Notes: generated by a model from the sequence alone, not told the origin. 64,000 nt of DNA from Eledone cirrhosa (GCA_964016885.1 OZ024743.1:260524001-260588000), one strand, 5' to 3'. Positions 40,774 to 54,899 are shown, counted from the stretch's first letter. A program made the numbers and translations.

Positions 40774-40980
40774 TTTTTTCAAAGAAATTTTTTGATAATA
40801 ATAAAAGTTTAAATTTTGGGCACATGGCCCCAATCTTTTTGGGTGTCCTTTTCGGAAAACAATGTATGTGCGCTTATAAACAGTTAACAATAACATTTTC
40901 CATAAATGACAATTTTTAACAAACGGAAATAACAAACCTTTGCGGAGCTCACGATGATACGATTTACTATGTAGGTCGCC

Positions 40981-41025
<45 letters not shown>

Positions 41026-42730
41026 TTCTGTTCTACATGGATGACCTGAAACTATTTGCAAAAAATGATGAACAATTGCAAGGGCTATTATCCACTGTGG
41101 AGCAGTTCAGTGATGACATTAAAATGGAGTTTGGACTAGATAAATGCGCCAAAGCAACGTTCACCAGAGGAAAGCTGCTGAAGAGTTCAGACATTAATAT
41201 TGATCGGGGGAACGTGATAAGAGAACTTGATCAAGAAAAAACTTACAAATATCTAGGTGTTTGTGAAGGAGACGGAATCAAGCACTCGACAATGAGGGAA
41301 AGGATAAGGAAGGGATGTTACCGCAGAGTAAGAGCAATCTTAAGAACGGAATTGAATGCAAGGAATAGGATCGATGCCATAAACACGCTTGCCATACCAG
41401 TAGTAACCTACAGTTACAATGTCATCAACTGGTCAAGCACAGAGATCCGTAGGCTCGATACAAAAATTCGAAAATTCTTAACCATGCACAGAATGCATCA
41501 CCCTAAGGCAGATATAGATAGAATATATCTCCCTAGGAAAGAAGGAGGACGTGGGTTAATCCAGTTAGACATTGCGTTGAAAACTGCAACAATTGGATTA
41601 TCTACATGTCTAAGAGAATCACATGATTGGATGATCAAACTCGTTTTGAAACACGAAAGCATCAAAAGATCATATTCCATTACAAAAGATGCACAAAGAT
41701 ACAGTAATGGACTACAAATTTCAGAAGTCCCATTTACTGCTGAAATGGAAAACACAGAAAAAGCAAAGCAGGTAAAAGTAACTGCAAAGAAAGAACTGCT
41801 ACAGAAACTGGCTAAGAAATGGCAAGAAAAGCCTCGGTATGGAAAATACCCAGAGCGAGCTAACAATCCTGATGTTGACAAAACTTTAACCCATCAGTGG
41901 TTGGCATCCTCTGGACTGAAATCGGAGACTGAAGGACTGATTATATCAGCACAAGATCAGTGTCTGCCAACAAAAAATTACCAAGCCAACATAATAAAAA
42001 ATGGATGCAGCCCATTATGCCGTGTATGCAAAAAACAACCAGAGACCATTGACCATATAATTTCAATGTGCAGTCCTATAGCTCCAACCGAATACCTAAA
42101 CAGGCATGACAGAGCTGCACAATACATACATTGGATAATGTGTAAGCATTTTGATCTGCCCCATCAAAAGAATTGGTGGGAACATCAACCACCTCCCATA
42201 CTTGAAAAAGATCACATCTCAATCTTGTGGAACTTTAGCATCCAAACAGACCGAAAAATAGATGCAAATAGACCTGATATAATATTGAAGGACTTTAAAA
42301 AGAGGGTATGCGTGCTAATTGATATGTCTGTTCCAATAGACAAGAATGTATCTATAAAAACATTTGAAAAATTGAGCAAGTATAAGGACCTGGAGATAGA
42401 AATTGGAAAAATGTGGAAATTGAGAACTAAAACAATACCAGTGGTTGTAGGCGCTCTGGGAATGATACCTAAGGGGTCTAATGATTACTTATCGCAAATC
42501 CCAGGAAACCCGCGTATAGGAGAAATACAAAAGATAGTACTAATGGGAACTACCCATATACTAAGGAAGATTCTGTCAATATAAGTACATCACAAGTCTA
42601 AACACTAAAGATGCATGTGTGAGTATGTATGTTCTTTCTTGAACATGGCGGACCTTGTTGTCTCTTGAGGTCACTGGTTGTGACTTGGTGATAACTCGTA
42701 TGAACATAAAGCAAGATAAATGCAACTGTA
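41026..42730 (+). mobile_element. R4/Dong-type non-LTR retrotransposon, 5'-truncated, flanked by (TAA)n
   Basis: Begins just before YMDD; (AAT)n at 40981-41025 and ~42729-42749. Confidence 0.88.
41037..42584 (+). pseudogene. C-terminal half of R4/Dong ORF: RT C-terminus, CCHC, restriction-enzyme-like endonuclease (open frame but truncated)
   Basis: YMDDLKL, YKYLG, CRVC..ETIDHIISMC, RHD, RPDI, IDMSVP and KLSKYKDL. Confidence 0.88.
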
Positions 42731-43229
42731 ATAATAATAATAATAATAACTCACTGGATGCAGGTTATTTCCCTTAACATTTTCTCTTTTAGTCTGTCGA
42801 CCCAGTTTTCAAAAAGAGAAGCAAGTCTCTAGCAGTGAATTATTGCTCGATTTTAATCACCTCTCATATCATTAAGGTATTTGAGAGGGTGATGGTGTCA
42901 CGAATAATTCACTTCCTTGAAAGCAACTAACCTGGATACCTTGGTGGTAGTGATTGCCTAACGCAGCTTCTGCATCACTTTCAGAGAGGGCTCCAACGCT
43001 GATGTTATATACCTTGATTTCAGCAAGGCCTTTTACACGGTTGATCACAGCATCCTGGTGAGGAACCTATCCAACAGTAAAGTCTGTGGAAAGCTACCAC
43101 AGTAGATTAAGTGTTTCTTGAACAGAGCCCAACATGTTGTGATCGAAGGAAAACGAACAAGCTCAGCCAAAGTCATTCGTGACGTCCCACAAGGAGCTGT
43201 GTTGGACTCATTTTTGTTCATTATTTGCA

Positions 43230-43412
43230 TTGGCAGTATCGGTAGAGGGTCGGACGTCATGCTTTGCAGCAAAGAGTTACGGCCCTTTATGGTCTGAGTT
43301 CAAATCCCGCCGAGGTTAACTTTGCCTTTCATCCTTACGGGGTCGATAAAATAAAGTACCAGTAATGCACTGGGATAATTGCTGGCCTTGTGCCAAAAGT
43401 AGAAATAATTAT
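43230..43412 (+). mobile_element. SINE family A nested in the CR1-like RT, TSD ATTATTT(G/A)CAT
   Basis: Interrupts the FIIYIND motif. Confidence 0.9.
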
Positions 43413-43984
43413 TTACATCAATGACATCATAGACATCCTCAAGCATAGCAACATAAGAATCTTCGAAGCTCCAGCAGATCAGAGTGGAAGGCTGACGATG
43501 CCTTCAATCGGATCTGCTTGCTTTTATACAATGGGTTTAAACAATATGCTACTAAAGAGGTTAGATTTGAAGTAATTCACTTTAGAAAAGAGGATGAATT
43601 TAAGTTACCATTTTCCCTTCCCTTGAGTCCTTCGAGTAATCGTTAATAACAAATTAAGCTGGAATACTCATAAAGTTGATGTGACTCAAAGGATGTGCAC
43701 ATGGATTCTTAGAACGGGACAGTCGGGAGACATCCTTACCGTCATCCTTTTTTCTTTACATTTTCCCGACCCCACCTTGAATACTGTTGTCCTCTGTGGT
43801 CGCCTGTCCCGAAACAAAGCATGAAAATTGGAGCACCCCAGAGGTCAACTACAAAAATTATAGACGGCATGACAGGCCTTGACTATTGGGATTGACTATA
43901 CAAACTCAAACTCTACTCTCTCCAATACCGTCGTCAGCGCTATATCATATGTATGATGTGGAAAATATCCCATCAATATTGCCC

Positions 43985-44243
43985 AAATGATGTTGGCATC
44001 AACTTTAAAATCCACCCACCATCTGCACACTACAAAAATGATGTTGGCATCAACTTTAAAATCCCCGCACCATCTGCACACTACAAAAATGATGTTGGCA
44101 TCAACTTTAAAATTCCCGCACCATCTGCACACTACAAAAATGATGTTGGCATCAAATTTAAAATCCACCCACCATCTGCACACTACAAAAATGATGTTGG
44201 CATCAAATTTAAAATCCCCGCACCATCTGCACACTACAAAAAT
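43985..44243. repeat. 51-bp tandem repeat x5 inside the CR1-like fragment
   Basis: AAATGATGTTGGCATCAA(C/A)TTTAAAAT...CACCATCTGCACACTACAA. Confidence 0.95.
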
Positions 44244-44489
44244 CAAACTCGCATCTTATAACATCACTATGAAATAACTCACTTGAAATAACCTCACTTA
44301 TTAATATAATACCAAAATACTTATATCAAAATAGAAACAGATCATATAGAATTCAGAATGTCTCTGGACAGATTCCTCCAAGAAATTCCGGATAAATTTC
44401 TTACACCTGAATATGTTTCCGAAAACGATAACTCTTTACTAGTGTGGGACATATATATATATATCTTTGATAACTTTGATAGGTTTAGG

Positions 44490-44591
<102 letters not shown>

Positions 44592-44629
44592 CGGGGCCAT
44601 ATTCAGTTGAATCAGGTTTTTTTTAAACT

Positions 44630-44687
44630 CCGTTATTCATATTTCACTAAGGACTATCAATTATGATAGCCTGAGCTCTTCAGACGG
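44630..44687 (-). ncRNA. minimal type I hammerhead motif
   Basis: Minus strand reads CCGT-CTGAAGA-GCTCAGGCTATCA TAAT TGATAGTCCTTAGT-GAA-ATATGAAT-A/ACGG. Confidence 0.75.
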
Positions 44688-44947
44688 CAAAACATAAGAT
44701 AAACTATATCAGAAATAGATTAAAGTACTGAAGAAAATTACAAAGTAAAGAAATAGTTGCCTGTATTCCTAGGTCACAGACCAGAGTGTATAGCGTAAAT
44801 GCTGTATAGTTGTAGTTTAACTGGTTCGAAAGTTTTGGAAGCATGATAGCCGTACTCCTTGCTAGTTCCCCGTTTGATCAAGCTCTACGGATTACATCCA
44901 AATGTGCGATTCCCCGCCTCTCCTGAGATTCAAGTACTCGTTGTTGT

Positions 44948-45100
44948 CACCAGTGTTGTTGTTGTTACTACTGTTGTTGTTGTTGTTGTTGTCACTGGCA
45001 ATGAGATTGCGGCCTTCTTTTTCCCATACTGTTATTGTTGCTCTTGTTCCTGTTGAGTGTCTATTGTTTTGTTGATGTTATTGTTGGCTTTGTTGTTATT

Positions 45101-45161
<61 letters not shown>

Positions 45162-45163
45162 CT

Positions 45164-45255
<92 letters not shown>

Positions 45256-45262
45256 TGCTGTT

Positions 45263-45315
<53 letters not shown>

Positions 45316-46898
45316 TGTTGTTGTGGTGGTGGTGGTGGTGGTTACTGTAATTGTTGTAGTTGCTGTAACTTTTGTTCTTCTCCGTCATGAAGATACTGAT
45401 AATCGCCATCATCACCATCATCATCCGCCATCGCCATCATCACCGCCATCATCACCATCGTCATCCTCACCACCATTGTTATCATCACCACCATCGTCAT
45501 CATCATCAGAACCATCATCACCAATGTCACAATCATTGGACAATCCACCCCACCACCCAATACACCACAAAATCCAGCAAACCCCAAACCCACGCCGCGA
45601 ACTCCCCTGAAACTTCCTAAAACGGTTCTATGAAAACTTGTACAATATTGAATCTCACTATTGGTAATTGCCCTGTACTGTTTTTTTGTTTTTTGTTTCT
45701 GGGTAGGAGGAGATTATTTTTATTCTTATTTTTATTTTGGGGGGCTTTTTATTGGAATTCTGTTGATTTTTCTTTCGTTATTTTCTGTTTCTGTTTTGTT
45801 TTGTTTTGTTTTACTTTTTTCTTTTTCTTCTTCTTCTTCTTGTAACTTATTCCACTCCTTTTTTTCCACTCAACCTATTGCAACTGTTGGAACATATTTT
45901 AGCAGCGGAATTGGACAGCTGTGCAAGTATAATGATATATTTTCGCCCTCAAGATATAAGATCTCGTTCTATGGAGAGAAGAAGAGAAGGTGAGGTCAGT
46001 AATAACACTTTCTAACACGGAGACAAAGCCACAAATTTAAGGGGGGTGGAAAGGGTTAGTCGATTAAATCAACCCCAGTAATTGATTGGTACATTATTTT
46101 ATCAATAGAGGAAGAAATTAAAGAAAATGTTGACCCCCATTGTATTTGAAATCATTTAGTAAAGATTCAGAACTAATACGGCCCATTACCATATTGACTC
46201 TTCCAATCCCCCATATTACTAGTATTTTATGTTTTACTGACATTGTAGTGATGGATGAACTACTAAGTCAACCGCTTTCAGAATATCAACTCAGAATACC
46301 AACCCAAACGGACTTTTATGTAGTTCTTTGGACCTGAGCTAGCTTCTATGGCCCTGATCATATATGTACATATTGAGAATTAACAGAAAAACAGCTTTCA
46401 TTTACTGAACAGCAGAAAATAGCCATTTACAGCAAACTGGTTAATTGTAAATAATGATTTCTACTATAGGCACAATTTGGGGAGAGGGGAACTCGATTAA
46501 ATCGACCCCAGTACGTTACTGGTACTTTATTTTATCGACTCCATAAGGATGAAAGGCAAAGTTAACCTCGGCAGGATTTGAATTCAGAACGTAAAGGCCA
46601 TAACTCTATGTTGCAAAGTGTGGTGTCTGAGGCTCTACCGATACTGCCAATCCACCGCCATCAGAAGATTTGAAAAGCAAAACATGTTTTACAGGAAAAT
46701 TAAGATGTTTATGACAGATGCAAAAGGTCGTTACAGGGAAATTAGGACACAGACATTTCAAGTAAAGAAAGCTCCTTCAATTCATGAGGTTGAAGAATTT
46801 TGGTAAACCGTATGGAGTACATAAAACTCTCATATTGCAACTGTAGAATGGATAAATAATATGGAAGTAGAAAGGCAGACTTAGCTAGACATAACTAA
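44948..46898 (+). repeat. ~1.95 kb duplication, copy 1
   Basis: Near-identical to 50032-51979 (offset 5084 before and 5081 after the (GTA)n tract); identical track ORFs. Confidence 0.95.
46452..46659 (-). mobile_element. SINE family A (duplicated at 51533-51740)
   Basis: Core and head motifs present. Confidence 0.88.
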
Positions 46899-47060
46899 GT
46901 AATTTATATTTATATATATATATATATATATACAACGATGTTATCAATAATTAAGACTAGTATGGCTGTATTTCATCCAAGTGGTCAATACCAAAACAGA
47001 ATTATATATCTATTATATATTACTGAAACTATTTACAGTAGCAACAAATAATTTTGTCAG

Positions 47061-47140
<80 letters not shown>

Positions 47141-47732
47141 ATGTATATATGTGTGTGTGTGTATATATATGTATATATATGTATATATATGTGTGTGCGC
47201 GTGTGCATATCTTTTTTGCGTATTTGTTGTGTATATATTTAAATCAACCCTCTGCCTACATCTATGTATAAGCAGTGTCATGTCTGCGTGTATAACATTA
47301 TAACATTATACCTATGTGAAAATCTGTCAAAATTATATAATTGTGATATTATTTCCTGTCATAAATATATTCCCAGCACAAAAATACATTTGACATTTTC
47401 TTTCATTACTTTATCCACATTTTCCCCACTTTTCTTCTACATTCCGTTTCATTTTCATGTTTTGTTCATTTTTTTTTTTTTTTTGTAAATCTGTTTGTAG
47501 TTTTTTTTTTATCTTTCGTATTTTGTTTTCTTCGTTATTTTCTTCTCTGCGATTCTATAAGAGTCTGTCTATCATAGATCTCACCTTTTTCTTTCTATTA
47601 CTGTTTGCCTTTTCTTTTTTCTGGGTTTGTTTATCTTTCTATTTATCGACCTATCTGCTTAATTATCTGCCTATCTATCTACCTCTGTCTACATAGCCAT
47701 ATGTCTATTTACCTATCTATATCTGTCTTTTT

Positions 47733-47766
<34 letters not shown>

Positions 47767-48144
47767 CTATCTATCTATCTTTTCCCTTCTTCTCTATCTA
47801 TATTACCCTCTATCTTACGCCCTCTTTCTCTCACTTTCTTTCTATTTATCTTAATATTACTCAGTATTACTCACTCACTCTCTCTCTCACTCTTTCTATT
47901 TTTCTCACCTTCATATTCAGCCATATTAACCCTTTCCTTCCGTTCTAGTTTCAATCTACGTCTTGCTAGGTTTTAACAGGGAGTCTTGTAAGCAGATCAA
48001 CAGGAAGTTGATGGCTTTAGTCCTCAGGAAATTGATGAATAAAGATAAAGATGGAGAAGATATGTGGGAGAACTGCTGTCGTAGAGATGGACACCAACAC
48101 TTCACCTTTCACCATTATTATTATTACTATTATTATTGGTGCCT

Positions 48145-48596
48145 AGGGCGGAGAATTATCCGTATCGGTAGAGGGTCGGGCAATATGGTTGAGGCATATA
48201 GTTACAGTCCTTTACGTTTTGAGTTCAAATCCCACCGAGGTTGACTTTGCCTTTCATCCTTACAGAGGCAATAAAATAAAGTACCAGTAACACACTGGAG
48301 TCGATTTAATCGACTTTCCCCTCCCCCAAATTGCTGGCCTTGTGCCTAAATCAAAAACCATTATTATTATTATTATTGATGACTAGGGCGGAGGATTAGC
48401 TGTATTGGTAGGGCATCGGACAAAATGCTTTGCGGCATATAGTTACACTCCTTTAGTTACTCAGTTCAAATCCCACCGAGGTTAGCTTTGTCTTTCATCC
48501 TTATTGAGTCGATAAAATAAAGTACAAGTAAAGCACCGGAATCAATCTAATCGACTATTCCCTCCCCTTGTACCTAAAGAAGAAACAATTATTATT
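48145..48596 (+). mobile_element. two head-to-tail SINE family A copies separated by (ATT)n
   Basis: Both start TAGGGCGGAG(A/G)ATTA and carry the B box and core. Confidence 0.85.
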
Positions 48597-49423
48597 GCTG
48601 ATGCCATTAACGGTATTTTCAACGTTGCTATATAATCATCATCTTCATCATTATCATCATAAAGAACAACATTAGTAAGTAGTATTGGTGTTGTAGAACA
48701 CGTTGTTATCATCCTCATCATGAATATCATCTTTATTATGGTCGTCATTATCGTCATCATTGTCATCATGAGCATCAATATCACCATCGCCACCACCGTT
48801 ATCGTCATCATCATCATCAGCTTCATTGTCATCGCTGTGGTTGTATTGGAGGCGATTATTGTGTGTTAATGTGGAGATGAAGGCTGATCTACGTGGCTCA
48901 ACTACGAACTAAGAAGTAAGAACACATACAATATGGCCGCCATCTTGATCCTGTTCCTTACCCGGGGCAGTGACGCTCAAACACAGAACAGCTAGAGATG
49001 AGGAAAGGAGGAACGAGCTCCTGGAAGAATAGGTGAAGTGAGAGATATCAGAGGAGAAGGGGGGAGGAAGAGGAAATAAATACAGCGAAGAGGCGAAGGA
49101 ATGAATCCGGGAAGCAGAAAAGCGGATGTGGTAGTGGGAATATTAATAGAGAGTGAGGGGTCGTGGATGTGGTAGTCGTGATGGTGGTCGTGGCGGTGGT
49201 GGCGGTGGTGGTGGTGGTGGTGGTTGATGTGACAGAATCAAGGCAGGCAAGCAGACAAACAGATAGAAAGAGAAACAGACAGAGAGAGAGAGAGCTCGAA
49301 AGAGAGATTGCTAGAGGGAGAGATATAGGCAGACGACAGAGAAAGAGACAGGCAGAGAGAGAGACGCAGAAATAGTAGATAGAGAGATAGACACACAGAG
49401 AGACAGCAGAGAGAGAGAGAGAT

Positions 49424-49498
<75 letters not shown>

Positions 49499-49522
49499 TA
49501 GGAGAGAGAGAAAGAGATATAG

Positions 49523-49580
<58 letters not shown>

Positions 49581-50031
49581 TACAGACAGACAGGTGGAGT
49601 GGAGATGTATTAATTTTTGGAATCTGTTGGTTTCGCCCGTAGCAAGATGAAACTGTGTCTGTCGGCTCAACTGTGCAACTGTGCAACTGTGCCACTGTGA
49701 TGTCAATTAGACCCGCTGCTGGGAGACTGTTCTAACTTCATCACTATTGCTATTGTTGTTGTTGTTGTTGTCTTTGTCACTGCTATTGTTATTGCTACTG
49801 GTGTTGTTGTTGTCGTTGTTATTGATGTTGCTATTGGTGTTATTATTGTTGTTGTTGATGTTGGCCCTGATGTTGTTATTGTTGTTATTGTTGTTACTGT
49901 TGCCACTGTTGTTGCTGTTATTGTTGTTGTTATTGCAATTGTTGTTGCCACCTCTGTTGTTTTATTGTTGTTGTTGTTGTAACTATTTTTGTCACTGGTA
50001 TTGTTGTTATTGTTGTTGCTGTTGTTGTTGC

Positions 50032-50184
50032 CACCAGTGTTGTTGTTGTTACTACTGTTGTTGTTGTTGTTGTTGTCACTGGCAATGAGATTGCGGCCTT
50101 CTTTTTCCCATACTGTTATTGTTGCTCTTGTTCCTGTTGAGTGTCTATTGTTTTGTTGATGTTATTGTTGGCTTTGTTGTTATT

Positions 50185-50248
<64 letters not shown>

Positions 50249-50250
50249 CT

Positions 50251-50336
<86 letters not shown>

Positions 50337-50343
50337 TGCTGTT

Positions 50344-50396
<53 letters not shown>

Positions 50397-51979
50397 TGTT
50401 GTTGTGGTGGTGGTGGTGGTGGTTACTGTAATTGTTGTAGTTGCTGTAACTTTTGTTCTTCTCCGTCATGAAGATACTGATAATCGCCATCATCACCATC
50501 ATCATCCGCCATCGCCATCATCACCGCCATCATCACCATCGTCATCCTCACCACCATTGTTATCATCACCACCATCGTCATCATCATCAGAACCATCATC
50601 ACCAATGTCACAATCATTGGACAATCCACCCCACCACCCAATACACCACAAAATCCAGCAAACCCCAAACCCACGCCGCGAACTCCCCTGAAACTTCCTA
50701 AAACGGTTCTATGAAAACTTGTACAATATTGAATCTCACTATTGGTAATTGCCCTGTACTGTTTTTTTGTTTTTTGTTTCTGGGTAGGAGGAGATTATTT
50801 TTATTCTTATTTTTATTTTGGGGGGCTTTTTATTGGAATTCTGTTGATTTTTCTTTCGTTATTTTCTGTTTCTGTTTTGTTTTGTTTTGTTTTACTTTTT
50901 TCTTTTTCTTCTTCTTCTTCTTGTAACTTATTCCACTCCTTTTTTTCCACTCAACCTATTGCAACTGTTGGAACATATTTTAGCAGCGGAATTGGACAGC
51001 TGTGCAAGTATAATGATATATTTTCGCCCTCAAGATATAAGATCTCGTTCTATGGAGAGAAGAAGAGAAGGTGAGGTCAGTAATAACACTTTCTAACACG
51101 GAGACAAAGCCACAAATTTAAGGGGGGTGGAAAGGGTTAGTCGATTAAATCAACCCCAGTAATTGATTGGTACATTATTTTATCAATAGAGGAAGAAATT
51201 AAAGAAAATGTTGACCCCCATTGTATTTGAAATCATTTAGTAAAGATTCAGAACTAATACGGCCCATTACCATATTGACTCTTCCAATCCCCCATATTAC
51301 TAGTATTTTATGTTTTACTGACATTGTAGTGATGGATGAACTACTAAGTCAACCGCTTTCAGAATATCAACTCAGAATACCAACCCAAACGGACTTTTAT
51401 GTAGTTCTTTGGACCTGAGCTAGCTTCTATGGCCCTGATCATATATGTACATATTGAGAATTAACAGAAAAACAGCTTTCATTTACTGAACAGCAGAAAA
51501 TAGCCATTTACAGCAAACTGGTTAATTGTAAATAATGATTTCTACTATAGGCACAATTTGGGGAGAGGGGAACTCGATTAAATCGACCCCAGTACGTTAC
51601 TGGTACTTTATTTTATCGACTCCATAAGGATGAAAGGCAAAGTTAACCTCGGCAGGATTTGAATTCAGAACGTAAAGGCCATAACTCTATGTTGCAAAGT
51701 GTGGTGTCTGAGGCTCTACCGATACTGCCAATCCACCGCCATCAGAAGATTTGAAAAGCAAAACATGTTTTACAGGAAAATTAAGATGTTTATGACAGAT
51801 GCAAAAGGTCGTTACAGGGAAATTAGGACACAGACATTTCAAGTAAAGAAAGCTCCTTCAATTCATGAGGTTGAAGAATTTTGGTAAACCGTATGGAGTA
51901 CATAAAACTCTCATATTGCAACTGTAGAATGGATAAATAATATGGAAGTAGAAAGGCAGACTTAGCTAGACATAACTAA
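50032..51979 (+). repeat. ~1.95 kb duplication, copy 2
   Basis: See copy 1; this copy continues into the decayed Dong-like element, so it is probably the parental copy. Confidence 0.95.
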
Positions 51980-53940
51980 CTGGAGTCGGCATTAAAAAAT
52001 GAAACTCTCCTGTCATTGATAAAGTCCCAAACTTCTGGTTATCTTCCATAACTGCTACCCATGACACGTTGGTAAACTTTTATAACAAGCACAAAAGTTT
52101 GAGTATTGCTGGTATTGACCATGCAAAAGCATTTGATAGTGTTCTCCACTCATGGATTTTGAAAACTTTGAATGTTCTGAAAATTTCCCAAGTAATATCA
52201 AACTTGCTGAAATACAAAATATCTGTATGGAATACAGTGATGGAACTATTTTTCAAGGTTATTAATTTTCTCCTTTGATATTTTCATTGCACCTCTAGCA
52301 CTCAACAAAACAAAATATGGCTACAAAATAGACAACAAAACTATAAATCCTAGGTTTTATATGGATGACTTGAAACTGTATGCCAAAAATGACAGTGAAT
52401 TGGAAGGATTGTTGATGACAGCAATGATTTAGTAATGGTGTTTGAATTGGAAAATTGCACAAAAGCAACAATCAAGAAAGGTAGAATGAGAAGCACAAAC
52501 TGAATGAAAATAAATTTGAATTCAATAATTAAGGAACTAGAACAGTAACAAACCTACAGGTATCTAGGGATCAATGAAGGCCAAGGTGTTCACCACGCCA
52601 GCATTAAAGAGAGAATCAGGAAGGAATGTTACCGGAGAGTACATTCTGAATGAAAATTGAGCTCAACTCAAAGAATATATTATCTACCATAAATGCGCTT
52701 GCAATCCCAGTTGTCACTTTTAGTTTCAATATCATAAATTGGAACGTAAATGAAATAAACAAAATGGACACCAAAATCAGAAAACTTCTGACCTGATTTT
52801 GGTTTTGAACTACATCACACCAAAATAGATGTGGATCACATATCTCCTTAGACAAACCGGAGGTAGAGGAATGATCCAGCTTGAGATGTCATGCAAAATA
52901 TCAACCATCGGACTTGAACAATACCTTAAAACTACAAATGCTGAAAACGGTTGCAGATCGTGAAAGGGAGAAGAGGTTACATTCAGTCACAAAAGAAAGT
53001 AGGAAACTTGCGGAAGAATTCGGAATACAATTTGAAAATGACAGCTATTCTGCAATTAAAGTTGCGAAGAACATCAAAATGTTGGCAAAGGTCAACCGAA
53101 ACTGTGCTCTAAATGGGAGCAAAACCCACTTCATGGACAGTATGTTCTCCGTAACAAAGAACAAGATCTTGTGCAGCCAAAATGAATTCCCCACTCTCTG
53201 CTAAAAGCAGAGAGTGAGGAATTCATTTTGGCTGCACAAGACCAGTGTCTTTTAATGCACAACTTTCCAGCCAATGTGATCAGAAATGTAACTGACCCAA
53301 AGTGTCGATTCTGAGATGATTTTGAGACCATTGACCACCTGTTTTCGGGCTGCAAAGTACTAGCTCCCCAGGTATATAAAACGAGGCATTGTAGAGTAGG
53401 GCAATACTTACACTGGATAGTATACAGGTTTTATGATATAAAAACAAAGGGAAAATGTTACAACCATCACCCAGATACAGTAACATGCGAGGATAATGTG
53501 ACAATCCTCTGGAATTTTCCTGTAAACACCGACAGGACGATCAAGGCCAACAAACCTGGTATAATTATAAAGAACCATAAAAAGAAAACATATTTTAATT
53601 AACATGAGAATCCCAAGAGTTTCGAAAGTTCAGTAAATATAAAGATCTGACAATTGAAAGTGAGAAAATATGGCATCTTAAAGCCTGTTTAATGCCAGTG
53701 ATAGCCGGTACACTTGGAATGATAAATAAGGGAACTGAAAAATATTTGGACCAGATACCTGGAAATCCATCGTCTCTGCAAGACATTTCAAGTATAGAAA
53801 TCTCCTTCAATTCATGAGGTTGAAGAATTTTGGTAAACCGTATGAAGTACATAAAAATCTCATAATGCAAATGTAGAATGGATAAATAACCTGGAAGTAG
53901 AAATACAGATTTAGCTAGACATAAGTATGGAACTGGAATT
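51742..53940 (+). mobile_element. decayed R4/Dong-type LINE
   Basis: IDHAKAFDSV, FYMDDLKLYAKND, AAQDQCL and FSKYKDL with many stops; 53801-53925 re-duplicates ~51853-51978. Confidence 0.8.
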
Positions 53941-54164
53941 GGCACTAAAGAAGTGCTGACTGATAGTGTCCATGTCCTGAGAAAGGTCATTATTGATTTA
54001 GATACCTTGCAAAGACATTTACTGTTGTTTATATGCCTGTGGCATTTATATAACAATTGATTGTAAAATGTGTGTATTATCAAATTTTGCCTCAAGAGTC
54101 AGGTTGACACTTGGCATGATTTGGGATAGAAGCAGAATTTTAAATAATAATAATAATAATAATA

Positions 54165-54376
54165 AGTGTTTCTACTTTAGGCACAAGGCCCACAATTTGG
54201 GGGGCAGGAAAAATTGATTAAATTGACCCCAGTGCGTTACTGGTGCTTTATTCATCGACCCCGTAAGGATGAATGGCAAAGCTAACCTCGGCGGGATTTG
54301 TACTCAGAACGTAATGCGCCGTAATTCTATACCACGAAGCATGCTGTCCGACGCTCTACTGATACTGTCAATCCAC
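54165..54376 (-). mobile_element. SINE family A inserted in (AAT)n
   Basis: Core and head motifs; (AAT)n on both sides. Confidence 0.85.
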
Positions 54377-54899
54377 TAATAATAATAATAATAAGGACGA
54401 AGTAGAGGAAAGGACTCGAGCTACACACTGTTTGTGTCGGCGGTGAGTTTATGTTCAATTTTTGTTTTTATTTCGACGATTTCGTTTACACATTTTGTTC
54501 CATCGTTTGGATAAGGTACTTGCCTTGATGCCCGGAAAGAATTTCTTTGATGGAGCAAAGGACTTTTCAAATTAATAGTTTCTCATAAGCTGTAAGTTTT
54601 CTAAAAATGGCGAAGAGAAAGAACAAATTAACTGTACCATAAATAGTATCATCCTCCTTCTGTTAAAATAGCTTGACAAGACAGCAGCCCTGGGGACTTC
54701 AAAGGAATATGTTGCCTACCTTGACCCGGTCAAAACGAGCAGTAGTAATCAACAAACTAACATCATGAATATCATCACCCACAACAAGAATAAAACGATA
54801 AAAATACATCACCAACACTAACAGCCGCAATAGCATCTGCGCCACCACCATCAAAGTTCAAACAATAGTTGCATAGCTCTAATGTCCCTTACAATCGAA

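Larger units (their letters stand above)
35102..40980 (-). mobile_element. full-length L1/Tx1-clade non-LTR retrotransposon (~5.9 kb)
   Basis: 5'UTR, ORF1, ORF2 and a 3'UTR with AATAAA; (TAA)n on both sides. Confidence 0.93.
42780..44430 (+). mobile_element. decayed CR1-like LINE ORF2 fragment
   Basis: DVIYLDFSKAF, DVPQGAVL..LFII[SINE]YINDI and RPHLEYCCPLWSP, with many stops. Confidence 0.8.
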
